Of a stretch of DNA of 38,219 nucleotides, positions 32,756 through 38,219 are shown piece after piece. Under the pieces are notes generated by a model. It was not told the DNA's origin, did not search any database, and was given only the letters and a program-made list of their open reading frames with translations. The position numbers were made by a program, and so were the translations under genes. Source of the DNA: a virus (lineage: Duplodnaviria > Caudoviricetes); IMG/VR virus record IMGVR_UViG_3300033485_000045, positions 1-38,219 of that record. The stretch is one strand, 5' to 3'. Each line of letters opens with the position of its first letter. Positions within the stretch are counted from its first letter, which is position 1.

Positions 32756-34410
32756 ATGACACTATCAAACAGTTCCTTGTTGGTTTGGGCTTCCAAATTG
32801 ATGAAGCAGGACTGCGAAAGTTTACTGATGGTATCGCAACTGCCTCCACTCGTGCCGCCGCTTTAGGTGCTGTCACTACTGCCGCCGCCGCCGCTATCGT
32901 TGCGGGGGTTTCAAAAGTAGCCGCAGAATTTAATCAGCTCGATTTATTAGCTCAAAAGTACAATACCACAGCCTCAGAGATTGACGATTTTGTTGACAGT
33001 GCCGAAATGATCGGTATCGGTGGTGAAGCCGCTGAAAACGCTCTCGAAACTATGAACAAAGTTGTCGGTGAAGCCGCGCTCGGAATCGGTCGCGGTAAGA
33101 TCATCCTTGAAAAATTAGGCATCCAAGCCAAAGACACGGCGGGTAAAGTCCGTCCAGTCACCGAAGTAATGGGAGACTTACAAGCCAAACTCGCAACGAT
33201 GGATCGCGGTCAAGCGATGGCGATTATGGAGAAAATGGGCTTAGACCCTCAACTCCTCCGAATGTTTAATGGTGAACTTGGAAACATCGCAAAAATTCAA
33301 GAAGAAATGGCTACTACTGATAAATCGGTGGGGTTAGACTTTGAACAAGCCGTTCAAGAATCGAAAGCATTTCAAGCCTCAATGATAAGCATGAAAACGG
33401 AAGCACGTTTATTATGGCACTGGTTTACTACATTATGGGAATCACTTGCAGTCAAGCTTATGCCAAAGGTTCGCGCAGGGCTTGACCGTATGGGTAAAAC
33501 ATTCGAGGAAATGCGCCACAAATTACAAGACAATGGGAAACGAATAGTTGAGGCAATATCGCCTATACTTAATGTAATTCTAAGAGTTGGTCAAGCATTT
33601 ATACAGTTCTTTGCGCGGGGGATTGAAGTTGCGAATAGTGCAGTCGGGACAGCATTAAATCTTTGGGGAAAATTACAAGATATTACGGGTGGGTTAGCTG
33701 GTAAAATCCTTCTTGTTGTAGCCGCTTGGAAATTCCTAAATCTCAGTTTCCTAAAATCTCCACTCGGAATGATAGTAGCTTTGGCAGCTGGCGCATTACT
33801 TCTTTATGATGATTTTATGACATGGAAAGAAGGCGGAGAATCCCTAATCGATTGGGGTAGTGACTTTGGGGCTAAGATGTTCTGGGTTGCTTCAACTGTT
33901 GCAGGGCTTGGAGTAGCAGTCTTAGCAACAAAAGCGATAATGGCAGGATACGCCATAACTATGAATATAGTCACAGTAGCAATGACGGCATATCAATCTA
34001 TTCTTAAAGCAGTTCAAATAGGAATGTTATTATTTAACCTCACTATGGCGGCTAACCCTATCGGGTTGGTGGTTGTAGCTATCGGTGCATTAATAGCGGC
34101 AGGGGCATTGCTAATATCTAATTGGTCAACCGTTCGTACATGGTTTGCAAGTTTCTTCCAATGGTTCGGAGATAAATTTGATGGAATGTCTAAAATGGCT
34201 TCATCTCTTGGAGGAATATTCGGAGGAGGTTCGTCCGCACCATCGCCCCAAGCACGAGCGGCGGTATCAGGGGGCGCAAATATGAATCAAGCTACAACCA
34301 TTAACGTATCAGGTGGAGCAAACCCACAAGCCACAGCACAAGCCGTAGCGAATAAACAAAAAGACGTTAATGCCTCAATGACACGAAATGTAAGAGGAGC
34401 GGCACGTTAA
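32752..34410 (+). CDS. Tape measure protein
   Basis: IKQFLVGLGF.ID start; helical and Ala-rich; hydrophobic ANPIGLVV segments; synteny. Confidence 0.9.
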   Translation: MNDTIKQFLVGLGFQIDEAGLRKFTDGIATASTRAAALGAVTTAAAAAIVAGVSKVAAEFNQLDLLAQKYNTTASEIDDFVDSAEMIGIGGEAAENALETMNKVVGEAALGIGRGKIILEKLGIQAKDTAGKVRPVTEVMGDLQAKLATMDRGQAMAIMEKMGLDPQLLRMFNGELGNIAKIQEEMATTDKSVGLDFEQAVQESKAFQASMISMKTEARLLWHWFTTLWESLAVKLMPKVRAGLDRMGKTFEEMRHKLQDNGKRIVEAISPILNVILRVGQAFIQFFARGIEVANSAVGTALNLWGKLQDITGGLAGKILLVVAAWKFLNLSFLKSPLGMIVALAAGALLLYDDFMTWKEGGESLIDWGSDFGAKMFWVASTVAGLGVAVLATKAIMAGYAITMNIVTVAMTAYQSILKAVQIGMLLFNLTMAANPIGLVVVAIGALIAAGALLISNWSTVRTWFASFFQWFGDKFDGMSKMASSLGGIFGGGSSAPSPQARAAVSGGANMNQATTINVSGGANPQATAQAVANKQKDVNASMTRNVRGAAR

Positions 34411-34904
34411 TGGCAGTCATACGCTCAATCGGTGGCATAATCCCTGACGTAGTAGTTGAAGAAACACACACGGACGAAATAGAGATTACACAACACCCCG
34501 TACAGCAAGGAGCGGCGATAAGCGATCATTCGTACAAAAAACCTATGACTCTTAAAATGTCGGTTATGTTCGGGAAAGATGATATAAACATAACATACAA
34601 AAAGCTTTTAGATTTACAAAACAAAAATGAGCCTATGGACGTAGTGACGGGTAAGCGGTCATATAAAAACATGATGATTAAATCGCTATCGGTTACTACA
34701 AATAAAGACACAAACTCTATTCTAAAAGTCGAAGCGGAACTCACCGAAGTGATTATCGTATCGGTAACTGTTACGAATGTACCAGCACGAGCAAAGCAAA
34801 AGAACGCAGGGAAAACGGGGGCAACTGAAAAAGCGGGAAGCAAACAAGCTCAACCCGTACAAGAAGAGAAAAAGAAATCCGCATTAAGGAGTCTACTTGG
34901 CTGA
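34410..34904 (+). CDS. Tail tube initiator / Dit-like baseplate protein
   Basis: E.HTD..EIT.HPV..GA.ISDH.Y..P and V.TGKR.Y.NM motifs. Confidence 0.8.
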   Translation: MAVIRSIGGIIPDVVVEETHTDEIEITQHPVQQGAAISDHSYKKPMTLKMSVMFGKDDINITYKKLLDLQNKNEPMDVVTGKRSYKNMMIKSLSVTTNKDTNSILKVEAELTEVIIVSVTVTNVPARAKQKNAGKTGATEKAGSKQAQPVQEEKKKSALRSLLG

Positions 34905-35205
34905 GTATCTAATCCCATTAACAAGTATTCCGCAAGAGTTCTCAATCTCTTTAGATGGAACAGAAATAACAATCTTCCAACGATGGAATGAATATAGCGG
35001 TTGGGTTATTGATTTAAAAAATACCGCCACAAACGTATCCATAATTGCAGGGCTTCCACTTATTACAGGATGCGACCTATTAGAGCCGTTTCCTGAGCTT
35101 GGATTTATCGGGGCGTTGGTAGTCTATACCGATGGCGACCCGATGGCTATCCCGACACTCGACAACTTAGGCGCAGACTCTAACCTCTATTACGTGACGG
35201 CATAA
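34897..35205 (+). CDS. Baseplate plug-like small protein
   Basis: IPL...PQ.F.ISL, PL.TG.DLL and NLG..SNLY motifs; TTG start after AAGGAG. Confidence 0.75.
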   Translation: MAEYLIPLTSIPQEFSISLDGTEITIFQRWNEYSGWVIDLKNTATNVSIIAGLPLITGCDLLEPFPELGFIGALVVYTDGDPMAIPTLDNLGADSNLYYVTA

Positions 35206-35206
35206 A

Positions 35207-36136
35207 ATGGAACAATGGAATAGAAAATGTAGCCTTATAATAGGGGGCGACGGCAATGGTGTTGATGTGTCACAATTACGAATTACGTTCACCATTAAAA
35301 AAACGTCAGTCCAAACCCCTAACGAAGCGGAAATAAAAGTTTATAATTTATCCTCTGAAACATCGGCACAGATTCAGCGTGAATTTTCCCGCGTTATTTT
35401 ACAAGCAGGATATAAGGATAATTTTGCTGTTATTTTTGACGGTACAGCCAAACAAATTAAGACAGGGCGTGAAAATGGAACAGATACCTATTTGCACATA
35501 TTCGCCTCCGATGGTGACGCTTCTTATAACTTCGCGGTGGTCAATACAACTTTAGCGGCAGGGTCATCACCTACCGATCATATCAACGCCGCCGCCGAAC
35601 CTATGGCAGAACACGGAACAACCGTCGGACACGTTGGAGAAGTTGGAGGGCAGAAACTCGCACGAGGTAAGGTGATGTATGGAAACTCGCGCGACTACCT
35701 AAGACAATCGGCTCAAAGTTCGGATTCCGATTGGTCTATTCAAGATGGCAAATTACAGGTTATCCCGATAAAAGGACTATTGCCGACACAAGCAATATTG
35801 TTGAATTCAAAAAGCGGATTAATCGGAACGCCAGAGCAGACAAACGACGGTATAAAAGTTCGCGCACTTCTTAACCCTATGATTAAAATCGGTGGAAGAA
35901 TAATTGTCAATAATAAAGACATTGAGTTGGCTACAATATCGGAAAACAAAACTACAAAATCGGGTGAAAAAAAGAAACCAGCCGATAAACCAGCGACAAT
36001 CGCAGACGATGGGGCATACAAAGTTATTAAAATCGAATACACTGGCGACACGAGGGGCACTGATTGGTATTGTGATATGATAGCGATAGATATTGACGAA
36101 TCAGCACCTACGGGGGAAGAGGTAAAAAATGGATAG
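35207..36136 (+). CDS. Baseplate hub protein
   Basis: PN.A.IKVYNLS, LQAGY, RGKV.YG, WSIQDG and GLIG.PEQT motifs. Confidence 0.85.
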   Translation: MEQWNRKCSLIIGGDGNGVDVSQLRITFTIKKTSVQTPNEAEIKVYNLSSETSAQIQREFSRVILQAGYKDNFAVIFDGTAKQIKTGRENGTDTYLHIFASDGDASYNFAVVNTTLAAGSSPTDHINAAAEPMAEHGTTVGHVGEVGGQKLARGKVMYGNSRDYLRQSAQSSDSDWSIQDGKLQVIPIKGLLPTQAILLNSKSGLIGTPEQTNDGIKVRALLNPMIKIGGRIIVNNKDIELATISENKTTKSGEKKKPADKPATIADDGAYKVIKIEYTGDTRGTDWYCDMIAIDIDESAPTGEEVKNG

Positions 36137-36803
36137 AAGGGAGCGCATATCTGATGAGGAAGAAACGCTACGAATGGCGTTTGACTCAAACCTTGCTAAT
36201 TTATGGACGGCTTTGCCTTGTATCGTATCGGCTGTCGATTTTGACGCTAATACCATTTCAGCGCAACCCGCTATAAAAGGCACTACGACAAACCCAAACG
36301 GATCTACTCAATCAGTTAATCTCCCTATGCTTGTGGATGTCCCTATGGTATTTCCGACCGCTGGGGGGTATTCGATTACGTTTCCAGTTGCGATCGGTGA
36401 TGAATGTTTGGTTGTTTTCGCTTCACGGTGCATCGACGGTTGGTGGCAATCTGGGGGAGTTCAAGAAGCGATGGAATTTCGGATGCACGACTTATCGGAT
36501 GGCTTTGCTATTATCGGAACACGCTCACAAGCTCGAACCGTAACCGCATGGGATACGGCAAACCTTCAAATAAGAAGCGATGACCATAACACACTTATAG
36601 AGGTAGATAAGACGGGAAAAGTAAACATCACCGCACCCACCTCAATGACAGTCACAACCCCATTAGCTACGTTTACAGGTAACGTAAATGTGGGAGGAAC
36701 TTTGACTGCTACAACCGACGTTATCGGAGGGAATAAGTCATTGAAAAATCATGTGCATAGCGGTGTAACAACAGGGTTATCAAATACAGGAGCGCCAGTA
36801 TGA
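36129..36803 (+). CDS. Baseplate spike (Gp138/gpV-like)
   Basis: GDECLVVFA.RCID.WWQSGG and RMHDLSDGF motifs; C-terminal HVH metal-binding tip. Confidence 0.9.
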   Translation: MDRRERISDEEETLRMAFDSNLANLWTALPCIVSAVDFDANTISAQPAIKGTTTNPNGSTQSVNLPMLVDVPMVFPTAGGYSITFPVAIGDECLVVFASRCIDGWWQSGGVQEAMEFRMHDLSDGFAIIGTRSQARTVTAWDTANLQIRSDDHNTLIEVDKTGKVNITAPTSMTVTTPLATFTGNVNVGGTLTATTDVIGGNKSLKNHVHSGVTTGLSNTGAPV

Positions 36804-37153
36804 TATACAGAAAATTAGACAACGAAGGTGATTATACTTTTGGGGGAAATGGTAACAGCTTTTACCGTAACGATCCGCTCGGAGTTTCGCAGTCCGTAAT
36901 CACACGCCTAAAGCTTTGGGAGAATGATTGGTTCTTAGATATTACAGAAGGCACTCCTTATCTCGGTGGAGTTATGGGCAAATACACCATTGACGACGTG
37001 GACTCAATTATTAAAGACCGAATTGTAAATACCGAAGGAGTTACAGAGATAACTTCATACTCATCATCCTTTAATCCCGATTTGAGAAAGTTCAGCGTAT
37101 CCGTTACAATATCCACAGCATACGGTACAGCCGTAATTAATGAGGTTTTATAA
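36800..37153 (+). CDS. Baseplate wedge / sheath initiator (gp25/gp46-like)
   Basis: YRKLD..GDYTFG, TRLKLW..WFLD..EGTPY and I.TAYG motifs. Confidence 0.82.
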   Translation: MIYRKLDNEGDYTFGGNGNSFYRNDPLGVSQSVITRLKLWENDWFLDITEGTPYLGGVMGKYTIDDVDSIIKDRIVNTEGVTEITSYSSSFNPDLRKFSVSVTISTAYGTAVINEVL

Positions 37154-38219
37154 TGGCGTTTAATGACTTGATTTATTTTGATAGCACAGGCTTTCATTAT
37201 GCGGATTATCCAACGCTACTCGCTCGTATTACCTCAGATTTTCAATCTATCTATGGGATTGACGCTTATATTGACCCCGATAGTCAAGATGGGCAAAACC
37301 TCGCCATTCGTGCAACTTCTATTTATGACGTGTGCCAGATTGTATCGGCGGCATTTACTCAATTCTCTCCTACCTTCGCACAGGGTTTATGGCTATCTTC
37401 TACTGTAAAGACAAACGGAATTAGACGATTAACCGCAACAAATAGCACAGTCGATTTAACAATCATTGGAACAGCTGGAACAGTCATAACAAACGGTAAA
37501 GCAGAAGATACAAACGGGGCTAAATGGAATCTACCTACAACGGTCACGATCCCTTTGGGCGGCTCTATTGTAATCACGGCAACGTCAGAAACAGCAGGGG
37601 CTATTACGGCTTCATCCGCAACGATCACTAAGATAGCAACTCCAACACTCGGATGGCAAACCGTCAATAATATATTAGCGGCAACCGCAGGGCGCAATAT
37701 GGAAACAGATGCGGAACTTCGCACCCGCCAAAGAGTATCAACCGCTATGCCTTCGCTTTCAGTCCTTGAAGGAATAAAAGGCGGCATTGCAAATACAATA
37801 GGGGTTACCCGTTCAAAAGTATATGAGAATGATAGTAACGTAACTGATGCTGACGGAATACCAGCGCACAATATTTCGGCAGTGGTAGAGGGCGGCACGA
37901 CTCAAGCAATCGCAGATGCTATCGCACTTCGTAAAACTCCAGGCACTGGAACATACGGAACTACATCGGCAACATCTTATGACCGATACGGTGTACCAAA
38001 TACAATCAACTTCTACCGCCCCACAAATGTAACCATTAAGGTTGAGGTAACAATCTCCGCTTTATCAGGATATTTAACAGCATACGCTGACTCAATTAAA
38101 CAAGCATTGGTCGATTATATTGCAACGCTTGGAATCGGTGACGATGTTTATTTAACAAAACTTTACGTCCCCGCTAACTTATCAGGAACGGCGGCGGGGT
38201 TGACGTTTGATATTTCTCT
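37153..38219 (+). CDS. Baseplate J-like protein (5' part; runs off the window as the variant allele)
   Basis: MAFNDLIYFDSTGFHYADYPTLL...IYGIDAYIDPDSQDGQ; no stop before the window end, so missing from the ORF track. Confidence 0.9.
   Translation, partial: MAFNDLIYFDSTGFHYADYPTLLARITSDFQSIYGIDAYIDPDSQDGQNLAIRATSIYDVCQIVSAAFTQFSPTFAQGLWLSSTVKTNGIRRLTATNSTVDLTIIGTAGTVITNGKAEDTNGAKWNLPTTVTIPLGGSIVITATSETAGAITASSATITKIATPTLGWQTVNNILAATAGRNMETDAELRTRQRVSTAMPSLSVLEGIKGGIANTIGVTRSKVYENDSNVTDADGIPAHNISAVVEGGTTQAIADAIALRKTPGTGTYGTTSATSYDRYGVPNTINFYRPTNVTIKVEVTISALSGYLTAYADSIKQALVDYIATLGIGDDVYLTKLYVPANLSGTAAGLTFDIS
37367..38219 (+). repeat. Terminal direct repeat, copy B (about 89% identical to 1-853)
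   Basis: Ungapped alignment at offset 37,366. Confidence 0.97.

Noticed and set aside
1723-37898. Many antisense or alternate-frame ORFs in the track (e.g. 1723-2031, 11701-12030, 25092-25469, 35740-36189, 37359-37898)
   Set aside because: They are shadows of well-supported genes and have no recognisable motifs.
37367-38219. Diversity-generating retroelement (TR/VR pair) explaining the diverged repeat
   Set aside because: Substitutions involve all four bases and are mostly synonymous rather than adenine-specific; the repeat is far longer than a TR; no reverse transcriptase is present.
1-38219. Alternative genetic code or stop-codon reassignment
   Set aside because: Core genes are full length under code 11, TAA, TAG and TGA all serve as stops, and coding density is high.

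Overview
The window is very probably a complete, circularly permuted genome (unit length about 37,366 bp) of a small, AT-rich contractile-tailed phage with a phiPLPE/Bcep781/Aaphi23-type 'dwarf myovirus' morphogenesis module. A rightward arm (about 18.1-37.4 kb, wrapping to 1-6.3 kb) carries terminases, DUF1073 portal, Mu-F-like protein, DUF2213 protease, capsid, neck, DUF3383 sheath, tube, frameshifted tail chaperone, tape measure, baseplate, tail fibre and lysis genes. A leftward arm (17.5-6.3 kb) carries a Prim-Pol primase-helicase, AAA/Sak4-like ATPase, SSB-like protein, YqaJ exonuclease, SF2 helicase, DNA methylase, VRR-NUC nuclease and many small accessory ORFs. I see no integrase, repressor, DNA polymerase, reverse transcriptase or CRISPR array. 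Most notable: (i) a dense cluster of structured non-coding elements at about 9.0-9.8 kb, including a tRNA-like element ending in CCA; (ii) an antisense HNH-AP2 endonuclease cassette with a pseudoknot/hairpin switch over its RBS and overlapping divergent promoters; (iii) four early promoters sharing a spacer motif; (iv) a stand-alone 7-bladed beta-propeller gene; (v) a Cys/His YkuD-like DUF5675 protein in the endolysin position; (vi) window ends that are two diverged alleles of the baseplate-J gene, sharing exactly 127 identical nt. Family names come from recalled motifs and synteny, not database searches; RNA structures were paired by eye.
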